DNA of 52,189 bases from the NCBI GenBank assembly GCA_024276735.1, contig JAJRWQ010000068.1, positions 1-52,189 of the forward strand. The letters are read 5' to 3'. This stretch comes from Actinomycetes bacterium. Lineage in GTDB: Bacteria > Actinomycetota > Thermoleophilia > BMS3ABIN01. Below the pieces are notes generated by a model. That model did not search any database. It was given only the letters and a program-made list of their open reading frames with translations, and had not been told where the DNA came from. The translations under genes were made by a program, and so were the position numbers. Below, piece by piece: positions 33,250 through 42,430 of this stretch; positions within the stretch are counted from its first letter, which is position 1; each line of letters begins with the position of its first letter.

Positions 33250-34664
33250 TCAGGGAAGAAAGATGATGCGGGCGCTGCGCAGGTAGTTGCGGGCGATGGC
33301 GGGGGTGGTGAACTTGCGCAAATGATGTACCAGCACGTCGGGCTGGAGGTAGAAGCGCAGGTAGGCGCGCCGGAGCGCACCCAGCAGCTCCCGGTGACTC
33401 AACTCCGGTGCCGGTACACCAGCCTGCCGCTGACGCTGTAATCCCGCCAGTCGTCGGTGAGCAGCAGGCCATGGCTCCGGCAGCGCTCGTACTCGGCGGT
33501 GCCCGGGAAGGGCACCATGGTGGCGAAGCCGGCACTGTTCAGGTCCAGTTGCCGGGAGAACTCCATCGTCTCCCGGATGGTCTCCCGGGTGTCCTCCAGG
33601 AAACCGAAGATGAAGTAGCCGTGGGCGGAGATCCCCGCGCGCCTGGTGGCGGTGACCGCCTCGGCCACCTCTTCGCGGGTGAGCCGCTTGATCTTCAGCA
33701 GCATTTCGGCGTTGCCCACCTCGATGCCGTACTGGATCAGGCGGCACCCCGCCGCTTTCATCGCTTCCAGTTTCTCGGCCCCAATCTCGTTGGCGCGGGC
33801 GTTGCAGGTCCAAGCGATCTTCATGCCGCTTTCCACGATCGCCTCGCACAGCTCCAGCAGCCGGCGGCGACTGCAGATCATGGACGGGTCGCGGAAAGAG
33901 AAGACGCTGACTCCGTACTCGCGGTAAAGCCATTCCATCTCGGCGAAGACGTTGTCGGCGCTGCGCAGGCGATAGCGCTTGCCCTGCTGCGAGGTGACTT
34001 CGCAGAAACAGCAATCGTACGGGCAGCCGCGGCCACTGACGATGGAAGAGAAAGTACCGCCGGTGCCCCACGAGGGGAAGGGATTGTAAGAGGACGGGTG
34101 TGGCAGCAGGTCGTGGGCGGGAAAGGGAACCGAATCCAGTTGCTGGTTCTTCTCCCGGGGCGGCGCCGCCGTCACCTCACCGCCGCGGCCGACGAAGGTC
34201 CCGGGGATCTCTTCAAGGGAAGACCCGCCCGCCACCGCGTCGCAGAGGTCGGCCATCACCGCCTCCCCCTCGCCTACCACCACCACGTCCACGCACGGCT
34301 TCGCCACGGTCTCCCGCGGCAGCGCCGAAACGTGCGGCCCCCCGGCCACGGTGACCACGCCGTGGTCGAGCTCCTTGACGAGCCCCAGCAGTGCCTCGGC
34401 ATCGGGCCACTGGGGAGTCAGTGCCGAGACCCCCACCACCCGGGGCCGGAACTCTTCCAGGTGCCGGCGAAGCTCCCGGCGCGGGATGCCCAGCGAGTAA
34501 GCATCGAGGATCGCCACCGTGTGCCCGCGCTCGCGCACCGCCGCCGCCACGTAGGCCAGTCCCAGCGGCTGGGTCCAGAGCAGCGGTTTCTCCACCCGGC
34601 CCCGCCAAAGCCCCCGCGGCGGCGTCAGCAGCAGGACCCTGCAACCGTTTCCGTTCTCGCTCAA
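33250..34664 (-). CDS. cobalamin-dependent radical SAM protein; frameshift at ~33406-33408
   Basis: QPLGLAYVAA, GGPHVS, VGEGE, GRGCPYDCCFC, VPFPGT. The C-terminus PELSHRELLGALRRAYLRFYLQP continues in the -1 frame to 33250. Confidence 0.88.
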
Positions 34665-34776
34665 CTTCCCCCCTCCCGCGCCCGTCCGCGGGCGTTGCCA
34701 TCCCGGCGCGGGTACGCTCCGGCAGGCCCGGTGACCCGTGGTCACTGCGGTGAAGGTTGCCGCCGCCTGCGGGCAC

Positions 34777-35415
34777 TCACCCGCCCAGCAGCTCGCGGCA
34801 GACGGCGAGCGTGCCCTTGACGTCGGCGGCGAAGCCGTCGACGCCCACCTCGCTGGCCAGCTCCTGCGAGTGCGAGGCGCCGCCGGAGACCACCTTCACC
34901 CCTTCCCGGAGCCCCTCGGCCTCGAGGGTTTCCAGGATGTCCATCAGCGCCGGCTTGGTGGAAGTGGTGAAGGCCGAGAGCAGCAGCAGGTCGGCGCCGG
35001 TCTCCCTCACCTTGTCGATGAACTTGGCGGTGGAGACGTTGACGCCCAGGTCGTGCACCTCGTAACCGGCGGCCCTGAGGGCGGCGACGATGATGTTCTT
35101 GCCGATGTTGTGAATGTCTCCCTTGACGGTGCCGATGACCACCACCCCGCTCTGGTCGTGCCGCTGCTCGAAGAGGTAGGGTTCCAGGATCGCCATCGCC
35201 CGCTCCACGGCGTCGGCGCTGCGCAGCATCTCCGGGATGAAGTACTCGCCCGTCTCGTAGCGGCTGCCCACTTCCTCCATGGCCGCCGACAGGCTGGCGA
35301 AGACGTCTTCCGCCGCCACGGCGCCGTCGCCGGCGATCTCCCGCGCCAGCGCCTCCGTGCGCTCGCTGTCGCCGTCGATTATCGATTGTTGAAACTCTGC
35401 CAGGGTTTTTTCCAT
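34777..35415 (-). CDS. methyltransferase-cognate corrinoid protein (MtbC/MttC-like)
   Basis: Cap domain (MEEVGSRYETGEYFIPEML), GTVKGDIHNIGKNI (DxHxxG), DLGVNV, SGGA. Confidence 0.93.
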   Translation of the reverse strand: MEKTLAEFQQSIIDGDSERTEALAREIAGDGAVAAEDVFASLSAAMEEVGSRYETGEYFIPEMLRSADAVERAMAILEPYLFEQRHDQSGVVVIGTVKGDIHNIGKNIIVAALRAAGYEVHDLGVNVSTAKFIDKVRETGADLLLLSAFTTSTKPALMDILETLEAEGLREGVKVVSGGASHSQELASEVGVDGFAADVKGTLAVCRELLGG

Positions 35416-35418
35416 GGT

Positions 35419-36420
35419 TCAGCTCCCGTATTTCCTGCCGTATTCTACCAGCGCCGCCAGGTTCTCGTCAGGGGTCTCGCGGGGAATGGAATCGCCGCTG
35501 CTGAGAATGAAGCGGCCGTCCGCCGCCGCCGCGGCCCGGCGTACCGCTGCCTCCACGTCGGCGACGGTGCCCTTTTCCAGGACCGCCACGGCGTCGATGT
35601 TGCCCTTGAGGGTGATCCCCGGCCCCACCGCCTCCCGGGCCGCCGCCAGGTCCACCAGCGAGTCCACCTCCAGGGCGTCGGCGCCCGTCTGCGCCATCTG
35701 CGCCAGGATGGGCCCGCTGTTGCGACAGATGTGGAGGATCACCGGCACTTCTCCCCCCAGCTCGGCGATCGCCTCCACCTCGTAGGGAAAGGCGAACTCG
35801 CGGTAGTGATCGGGCGAGATCACGCTGGAAGAAGCAAAGGAATCCTTGATCACCACGGCATCCACCCCCGCCTGCGCCAGCGCCTGCGCCGTCACCACCG
35901 TGGCAGGCAACATCGCCCTGATCAACCGGTGCACGAAATCGGGGTCGCGGTAGAAATCGGTCATGAACCCGGCCAGGCCGCGCACGGTGGCGGCGTACTC
36001 GAAGGGCGAGCGCACCGACCCGAGAACGGCGTGGCGGCCGGCCGCCGCTTCCACCACTTTCTGCACCGGCTCCATCTTGCCGCCGGCCCAGGGGTCCGGG
36101 GTCCCGATCTTCTCCAGGTCACCGGGGCCGTCGACCAGCGTCTCCACCACCAGGGGAACGTCGTTTCCCTGTACCTCCACCGGGCAGCCCAGCACCGACG
36201 GGGGATCGCCCAGCCCCATCTCGGCGAGGATGCCGTCGTAGCCGTACCGTTCCCGCGCCGCGGTGAGCGCCGCCGCCATGCAGTCGCCGTCGAGAAAGCA
36301 CTCGTCGTTGTCGCGGCCGATGACCTTGGGGGCATAGAAGCCGTCCACCACCGGCACGATGGGCAACGTGTCGGCGGGCTCCCCGGCCAGCGCCGCCAGG
36401 AACCGTTCGCGGCCGTTCAC
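35419..36420 (-). CDS. MtaA/CmuA-like methyltransferase (uroporphyrinogen decarboxylase family)
   Basis: RERFLAAL.GEP.D, SPFE.A..VRG, ISPDHYREFAFPY, ILHIC, LKGNID, FILSSG.SIP..TP.ENL; the GTG start overlaps the rsfS stop (GTGA). Confidence 0.88.
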   Translation of the reverse strand: MNGRERFLAALAGEPADTLPIVPVVDGFYAPKVIGRDNDECFLDGDCMAAALTAARERYGYDGILAEMGLGDPPSVLGCPVEVQGNDVPLVVETLVDGPGDLEKIGTPDPWAGGKMEPVQKVVEAAAGRHAVLGSVRSPFEYAATVRGLAGFMTDFYRDPDFVHRLIRAMLPATVVTAQALAQAGVDAVVIKDSFASSSVISPDHYREFAFPYEVEAIAELGGEVPVILHICRNSGPILAQMAQTGADALEVDSLVDLAAAREAVGPGITLKGNIDAVAVLEKGTVADVEAAVRRAAAAADGRFILSSGDSIPRETPDENLAALVEYGRKYGS

Positions 36421-36764
36421 GAGGCCGCCTCCACCCGCGGCGCCTCCTTCCACAGCGACTCCAGGCGGTAGAAATCACGGGCGGCGGGGGTAAAGACGTG
36501 CACCACCACTCCCAGGTAATCCATGAGAATCCATTCCCCTTCATCCTCGCCCTCGATGCTGAGGGCGGTTACCCCGTGCTGCTTCAGGCGGTAACGTACC
36601 TCGTCGACGATGGCCCGGGTCTGGCGGCTGGAGCGGCCCGAGCAGATGACGAAGTAATCCGTGTAACTGCAAACCGGCCGCATGTCGAGGATGACGATGT
36701 CCGCGGCCTTCTTGCCGCCGGCGATGCCGGCTATCTCCAATGCCAGGTCGTGGTTGTCCTTGAT
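36417..36764 (-). CDS. rsfS: ribosome silencing factor
   Basis: KKAADIVILD, TDYFVICSG.S.RQ, WILMDY..VVVHVF...R.FYRLE.LW; start TTG 36740 or ATC 36764. Confidence 0.95.
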   Translation of the reverse strand: MKDNHDLALEIAGIAGGKKAADIVILDMRPVCSYTDYFVICSGRSSRQTRAIVDEVRYRLKQHGVTALSIEGEDEGEWILMDYLGVVVHVFTPAARDFYRLESLWKEAPRVEAAS

Positions 36765-36785
36765 GGAAAAGACCCCTCGCTACGG

Positions 36786-37979
36786 TCACTCTGCGGGCGG
36801 CTGCGCCAGGTCGCGGCCGACGATGACCACGATCGCCCGCCGGTCGACCAGGTCGTCCTTGATCACCGTCCCCGTCCCCAGCGCGCCGCGGACGCGATCG
36901 CACTCGGCGAGCGCGTCGCTGCCGCACCTGATCTGGGTCTGGCTGTAATCGACCCCCGATACCTCGTCGTTCACGGTAATATTATAACGCAGCGGCTCCA
37001 GCAAGGCCGCCGCCATCGGCGCCGCGCCGCCGATGCCGGTGCCGTTCCTCACCTCGAGGGAGTAGGAAGCAGCGGCGTTCGAGCCCATAAGCAGCGCTTC
37101 CACCTGGTCCGGCAGCGGCTCCAGGTACCAGTCACCGCCCCCCACCAGCCGCACCGGCAGCGCCCAGGCCCCGAAGGGAGAGTCACCCGCCGTCACCGCC
37201 ATGATCAGCGCCGCCAGGTCCTCCTGGCCCAGGTTGCTCTCGGCGGCATCCGCCAGCTGCCGGGAGAGGGTATCCCGTCGCTCCGGCGGCAGCGATGCCA
37301 GGCCCTGGACGAGGCCGCGGTAGAAGAGGGGCGTAATGGCGGGCCCCGCCTGGGGATCGGCCGCCGCCGCCGCCAGCCAGGCAACCGCCTCGTCCGGCGA
37401 CGCCTGGGTGTCGCCGGCGTCCAGGCTCACCGCGCCGTCCGCCGTGGCCAGCGGCTCCTCGGCCCTGACATCGACCCCACCCGCAGCTTCAGCGGCGGTC
37501 CGCAGCAGCGACTCGTCGAATTCCACCCAGGCCCCCGGCTCCACCTGTAGCAGGCCGGCCACATATTCAACCAGCGCCTCCCGGCCACCCTCGGAATAGA
37601 CCTCGTCCAGGCGGCGGATCTCTCCGCCCGGGGCGGCGGCGACGGTGCGGGGGGGAATGGTGACCACCCCGTAGCCGCCCGCCTCGTCGGCCGAGAGCAG
37701 GAGCAGCTGCTGGAGGGAGCCGTCGTCGCCGCGGCCGACGAGCAGGACGTCGCCGGCGTCGGGGGTCTCCTCCGCGGCCACCACGCCGCTGCCGGCGCGG
37801 GAACGCTGGACCAGCACGATCGCCAGGAAGACCGTCGCGGCCACGATGACGCCCACCAGGAGAATGGCTGCGGCCAGCCGGCGGCGACGGCGCGCGGCCA
37901 GGGTCGCCTGGTAACGGCTGCCGCTGCGTCCGCGGCCGCGGCGCCCGGTGCTGCTAGCGGTATAATCCTTCTTTCTCAA
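36786..37979 (-). CDS. LCP-like protein with a C-terminal LytR_C domain
   Basis: Basic N-terminus, TM helix, LCP-like middle region (TIP, GGVDV), EVRNGTGIGGAA...IVVIVGRD. Confidence 0.75.
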   Translation of the reverse strand: MRKKDYTASSTGRRGRGRSGSRYQATLAARRRRRLAAAILLVGVIVAATVFLAIVLVQRSRAGSGVVAAEETPDAGDVLLVGRGDDGSLQQLLLLSADEAGGYGVVTIPPRTVAAAPGGEIRRLDEVYSEGGREALVEYVAGLLQVEPGAWVEFDESLLRTAAEAAGGVDVRAEEPLATADGAVSLDAGDTQASPDEAVAWLAAAAADPQAGPAITPLFYRGLVQGLASLPPERRDTLSRQLADAAESNLGQEDLAALIMAVTAGDSPFGAWALPVRLVGGGDWYLEPLPDQVEALLMGSNAAASYSLEVRNGTGIGGAAPMAAALLEPLRYNITVNDEVSGVDYSQTQIRCGSDALAECDRVRGALGTGTVIKDDLVDRRAIVVIVGRDLAQPPAE

Positions 37980-38556
37980 TGAACCTCTCGACGCCTTCCG
38001 GTACCAGGTATCGAATCGACATTCCCTGCGCCACCCGTTCCCGCACCATGCTCGAGGATACGCCGATCGCCGGGATCTCCATCAACTCCACCCGCCCCTC
38101 GCCGCCGATTCGCCCGGTGATCTCCGCCAGCCTGTCCAGCGGGTAGCCCGGCCGGGTGGCGGCGATCAGCGTCGCCAGGCGCAGCAGCTCCGCGGGATCC
38201 TTCCAGTCGAGAATCTCCAGCACGGCGTCGGCGCCGGTGATGAAGAAGAGTTTCGCCTGCGGGTGCTGCTCCGCCAGGTGGCGCATGGTATCAACCGTGT
38301 AGCAGACGCGCCCGCTGTCCACCTCGTGGCGCGAAACGTGGAAGCGGGGATTGCCGGCGGTGGCGATCACCGTCATCAGGTAACGGGCCCGGGCGCTGGT
38401 GCCGCCCTCGATCTCCTTGTGGGGCGGCAGCCCCGCGGGCATGAAGAGGATACGGTCCAGGGCGTACTGGGACAGGGCCTCCTCGGCGCACACCAGGTGG
38501 CCGATGTGGATGGGATTGAAGGTACCACCCATGATCCCCAGCCTGGAGGATTTCAT
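37954..38556 (-). CDS. nadD: nicotinate-nucleotide adenylyltransferase
   Basis: GGTFNPIHIGHL, PPHK, YTVDT, ITGADA, VSSSMVR. Confidence 0.97.
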   Translation of the reverse strand: MKSSRLGIMGGTFNPIHIGHLVCAEEALSQYALDRILFMPAGLPPHKEIEGGTSARARYLMTVIATAGNPRFHVSRHEVDSGRVCYTVDTMRHLAEQHPQAKLFFITGADAVLEILDWKDPAELLRLATLIAATRPGYPLDRLAEITGRIGGEGRVELMEIPAIGVSSSMVRERVAQGMSIRYLVPEGVERFIEKEGLYR

Positions 38557-38634
38557 CGTTCCGGGCCTCCATCCGTTCCCCGGCTGCCGGCGCCGGCAGG
38601 GGGCAGGGTCCCGGCGCCGCGTTCGCTTCGCCTG

Positions 38635-39894
38635 CTAGTTGCGCACCTGCCCGTCCCCGCTGACCACGTACTTCACCGAGGTCAGCTCCCGCAGCCCCAG
38701 GGGGCCGCGCGCGTGCAGCTTCTGGGTGCTGATGCCGATCTCGGCACCCATGCCGAACTCGCCGCCGTCGGTGAAACGGGTCGAAGCGTTGACGTAGACG
38801 CAGGCGGCATCCACGACAGCGGTGAAACGGCGCGAGCTGGCGAGATCGTTGGTGACGATCGCCTCCGAGTGGCCGGTGCCGAAACGGGCGATGTGGTCGA
38901 TGGCGGCCTCGATGTCGTCCACCACCCGCACCGCCATCTCCAGGTCCAGGAACTCGGTGGCGAAATGCTCGTCGGTCGCCTCCTTCACGCCACTGGTGCC
39001 GCCGCCGACGATCTCCAGCGTCCGCGGGCAGGCGTAGAGCTTCACCTTGCGGTCCAGCAGCTCCTTCACCACCCGCGGCAGGTAGTCGGGGGCGATCTGC
39101 CGGTGCACCAGCAGCGTCTCGGCGGCGTTGCAGACCCCCGGCCGCTGTACCTTGGCGTTCACCGCGATCTCCACCGCCATGTCGATATCGGCGCCGGCGT
39201 CCACGTACACGTGGCAGTTGCCGCCCGCGGCATAGATCACGGGGATGGTGGAGTTCTTCAGCAGGAACTCCTTCAGTGCCTCGCCGCCGCGGGGAATCAC
39301 CAGGTCCACGTATTCCTTCATATTCAGCAGCTGCTTCAGCGGCGCCCGGTCCCGCGACTCCACCAGCTGCACCGCCTTGCTGGGCAGGCCGGCGTCGATG
39401 AGGGCGCCGTTGATCACCTCGGTGAGCATGCGGATGGAATGCAGCGAGGCGCTGCCGCCGCGGAGGATCACCGCGTTGCCGGTCTTCAGCCCCAGGCCGG
39501 CGGCGTCCACGGTGACGTTGGGACGGGCCTCGTAGATGACGGCGATGACACCGAAGGGCACCCGCACCTTGCGGATCTCCAGCCCGTTGGGCAGGCGCCA
39601 GCCGTCCACCACCTCTCCCACCGGGTCCGGCAGCGCCGCGATCTTCCTCAGCGCCCGCGCCATGTCGGCGATGCGGTCCTCGTCAAAGAGCAGCCGGTCC
39701 ATGATGGCACTGGAGAGCTTGGCCTTCTTGCCGTCCCGGATGTCGTCCCGGTTCTCCCGCAGGATCTCGTCGGAGCGCCGCTCCAGCGCCGCCGCTATCT
39801 CCCTCAGCGCATGGTTCTTGTCCGCTGCGGGCATGTCCGCCAGCTGCCTCGATGCCTCCCTCGCGTCTTCACAAAGCTTTTCGATCTTTTTCAT
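38635..39894 (-). CDS. proA: glutamate-5-semialdehyde dehydrogenase
   Basis: VPFGVIAVIYEARPNVT, VIPRGG, CNAAETLLVH, NASTRFTDGGEFGMGAEIGISTQKLHARGP. Confidence 0.98.
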   Translation of the reverse strand: MKKIEKLCEDAREASRQLADMPAADKNHALREIAAALERRSDEILRENRDDIRDGKKAKLSSAIMDRLLFDEDRIADMARALRKIAALPDPVGEVVDGWRLPNGLEIRKVRVPFGVIAVIYEARPNVTVDAAGLGLKTGNAVILRGGSASLHSIRMLTEVINGALIDAGLPSKAVQLVESRDRAPLKQLLNMKEYVDLVIPRGGEALKEFLLKNSTIPVIYAAGGNCHVYVDAGADIDMAVEIAVNAKVQRPGVCNAAETLLVHRQIAPDYLPRVVKELLDRKVKLYACPRTLEIVGGGTSGVKEATDEHFATEFLDLEMAVRVVDDIEAAIDHIARFGTGHSEAIVTNDLASSRRFTAVVDAACVYVNASTRFTDGGEFGMGAEIGISTQKLHARGPLGLRELTSVKYVVSGDGQVRN

Positions 39895-39940
39895 CGTTTC
39901 CTTCCTGCTCCAAGCTCGTATAACCGTACCAGCCGCCCCT

Positions 39941-41068
39941 TCATTCCGCCAGCACCAGGTAGTCGCGGTGAATGACCTCTTCCTCGCCGTGGGGGATCAG
40001 CTTCATCGCCTGGCGGCTCTGCATTCCCTTGATCGTCCGCAGCTCCTCGGCGGAGTAGTTGGTCTTGCCCTTGCCCACCAGCTCGCCGTCCGGCCCGCCG
40101 AGGACGATGTCCACGGCATCCCCGGCGGCGAAGTCGCCCTCGACCCCGGCCACGCCCGCGGGCAGCAGGCTCTTGCCACCCTCCCGCAGTGCCCTGGCGG
40201 CGCCGGCGTCGACGATGACGGCGCCGTGGCTGGGCAGGCCGTACTTGAGCCAGAGCTTGAAGCTGCTCAAGGACGACTCCAGGGGGCGGAAACGGGTGCC
40301 TACCTTTTCGCCGGCGACCACCGCGGCGATCACCCCCGGGCGTTTGCCGTTGGCGATCACCACCTCGGTGCCACCGGCGGTGGCCATCTCCGCGGCCACC
40401 ACCTTGCTGCGCATGCCGCCGGAACCGGCGGCGCTGCCGGCCCCGCCGGCTTCCACTGCCTCCAGCAGCGACCAGTCGTCCACTTCCTCGATCAGCCTGG
40501 CACCGGGATCAACGGCGGGGTCCTTAGTATACAATCCCTCGGTATCGGTCAACAATATCAGCAGGTCCGCGTGCACCAGGATGGCCACGTGGGCGGCCAG
40601 GAAATCGTTGTCGCCGTAGCGGATCTCCTCGGTGGAGGTGGTGTCGTTCTCGTTGATCACCGGCACCACGCCCCACTCCAGCAGCTTCAGCAGCGTGTTG
40701 CGGGCATTGAGATACTGGCTGCGGGCGGCGATGTCGAAGGAGGTGAGCAGGATCTGCGCCGCCAGCACCCCCTGGTCGCTGAACAGCCGCCAGTAGCGGT
40801 GGAAGAGCCGCCCCTGGCCGATGGCGGAGGTGGCCTGCAGCTCCACGGTGTCCCCGGCGCTCCGCGACCCGGGCAGCATGCCCAGGCCGGTGGAGATGGC
40901 CCCCGAGGAGACCAGCAGCACGCGGTGCCCCTCTTTCACCAGCCGCGCCGCTGCCTCCACGCGTGCCGCCATCACCTCTTCGCGGATGCGGCCCTCCGCG
41001 TCGGTGAGAACGTTGCTGCCGATTTTTATGACGATGACCGACGTGGCGATCCCGTCCCGGCGCTTCAG
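39941..41068 (-). CDS. proB: glutamate 5-kinase with PUA domain; non-canonical start (CTG 41068 or ATC 41050)
   Basis: VIKIGSN lies upstream of the first GTG; VSSGAI, GQGRL, VINEND, GDNDFL, GSGGMRSK, SLLPAGV, VIHRD. Confidence 0.95.
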   Translation of the reverse strand: MKRRDGIATSVIVIKIGSNVLTDAEGRIREEVMAARVEAAARLVKEGHRVLLVSSGAISTGLGMLPGSRSAGDTVELQATSAIGQGRLFHRYWRLFSDQGVLAAQILLTSFDIAARSQYLNARNTLLKLLEWGVVPVINENDTTSTEEIRYGDNDFLAAHVAILVHADLLILLTDTEGLYTKDPAVDPGARLIEEVDDWSLLEAVEAGGAGSAAGSGGMRSKVVAAEMATAGGTEVVIANGKRPGVIAAVVAGEKVGTRFRPLESSLSSFKLWLKYGLPSHGAVIVDAGAARALREGGKSLLPAGVAGVEGDFAAGDAVDIVLGGPDGELVGKGKTNYSAEELRTIKGMQSRQAMKLIPHGEEEVIHRDYLVLAE

Positions 41069-42351
41069 TTGAACGGTGTCGGCGAGGGAGCCGGCTCACC
41101 GGCTTCCACCCGGCGGATGTCCGCCCCCACCAGTTGCAGCTTCTGCTCGAAGTTCTCGTAGCCGCGGTCGATGTGGCCGATGCGTCTCACCTCGGTCACC
41201 CCCGACGCCGCCAGCCCCGCCAGCACCAGCGCCGCGCCGGCGCGCAGGTCGGGAGCCTCGACGATCGCCCCTTCCAGCCTGCAGTTTCCGTGGACCACCG
41301 CGTGGTGGCCGCTGGTGCGAATGTCGGCGCCGAGGCGATTGAGCTCGTCGACGAAGCTGAAGCGGTTCTCGAAAACGTTCTCGGTGACGATGCTGTGGAC
41401 GCGGGCCAGCGAGAGCAGCACCGTCATCGGCGCCTGCAGGTCGGTGGGAAAGCCCGGGTAGGGCAGGGTGGCGATGTCGGTGCCGCGGTAATCGTCGCCG
41501 CCGCGGCAGCGGATACCGCCCTCGTACTCGTCGACGCCGACGCCGATGGCCCGCATCTTGCTGATGAAGATCTCCAGGTGGCGCGGGTCGGCGCCGTCGA
41601 TCTCCAGCTCGCCGCCGGTGACCGCCGCCGCCAGCATGTAGGTTCCCGCCTCGATGCGGTCCGGCATCACCGTGTGGGTGGCACCACCCAGCTCGTCCAC
41701 ACCGTCGATGACGATGGTGTCGGTGCCGGCGCCGCTGATGCGCGCACCCATGGAAGTGAGAAACTTTACCAGGTCGATGAGCTCCGGCTCCCGCGCCGCG
41801 CTCTCGATCACCGTGCGGCCCTCGGCCAGGCAGGCGGCCATCACCAGGTTCTCGGTGGCGCCGACGCTGGGGTAGTCGAGGCTGATCACGTCGCCGGTGA
41901 GCCGGTTGGCGGCCACGTTGATGAAGCCGTGCTCCACGTTGATGCGCGCGCCCAGCTTCTCGAAGCCGCTGAAGTGGAAGTCCAGCTTGCGCGGCCCGAT
42001 GTTGCAGCCGCCGGGCATGGCCACCCGCGCGCGTCCCTGGCGCGCCAGTAGCGGGCCCATCACGGTGATGGAGGCGCGCATGCGGCGCACCAGCTCGTAG
42101 GGAGTAGTGTAGGAAAGGTCGCCGGAGGGATCGATCTCCACCCGGCCGGGGCTGATGATCACCGAGGCGCCGATCGCCCGCAGCACGTCCGCCATGGTAT
42201 AGACGTCCTGGATCAGGGGGACGTTGTAGAGAATGGTCTTCTCGGTGGTGAGCAGCGAGGCCGCCATCAGCTTCAGGGCGGAATTCTTCGCCCCGGAAAC
42301 CCTGACACTGCCCGCTAGCGGTATGCCTCCGGTTATCTCGAACTTCTGCAT
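41065..42351 (-). CDS. murA: UDP-N-acetylglucosamine 1-carboxyvinyltransferase
   Basis: SGAKNS, MRAS, PGGCNIGPR, SVGATEN, DRIEAGT, YPGFPTDLQ, DLRAGAAL, HIDRGY. Confidence 0.98.
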   Translation of the reverse strand: MQKFEITGGIPLAGSVRVSGAKNSALKLMAASLLTTEKTILYNVPLIQDVYTMADVLRAIGASVIISPGRVEIDPSGDLSYTTPYELVRRMRASITVMGPLLARQGRARVAMPGGCNIGPRKLDFHFSGFEKLGARINVEHGFINVAANRLTGDVISLDYPSVGATENLVMAACLAEGRTVIESAAREPELIDLVKFLTSMGARISGAGTDTIVIDGVDELGGATHTVMPDRIEAGTYMLAAAVTGGELEIDGADPRHLEIFISKMRAIGVGVDEYEGGIRCRGGDDYRGTDIATLPYPGFPTDLQAPMTVLLSLARVHSIVTENVFENRFSFVDELNRLGADIRTSGHHAVVHGNCRLEGAIVEAPDLRAGAALVLAGLAASGVTEVRRIGHIDRGYENFEQKLQLVGADIRRVEAGEPAPSPTPFN

Positions 42352-42430
42352 CACAGCCCAGCTTCCCGGCATGCCCAGCGGCCGCCGACACCGCCCGCGC
42401 CACGAATCGGCGGCGCCGGCGGTCCCGGGA

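Noticed and set aside
26292-36420. Corrinoid cluster as a mobile island
   Set aside because: No integrase, transposase, tRNA or flanking direct repeats; GC and codon usage resemble the flanks; translationally coupled to rsfS.
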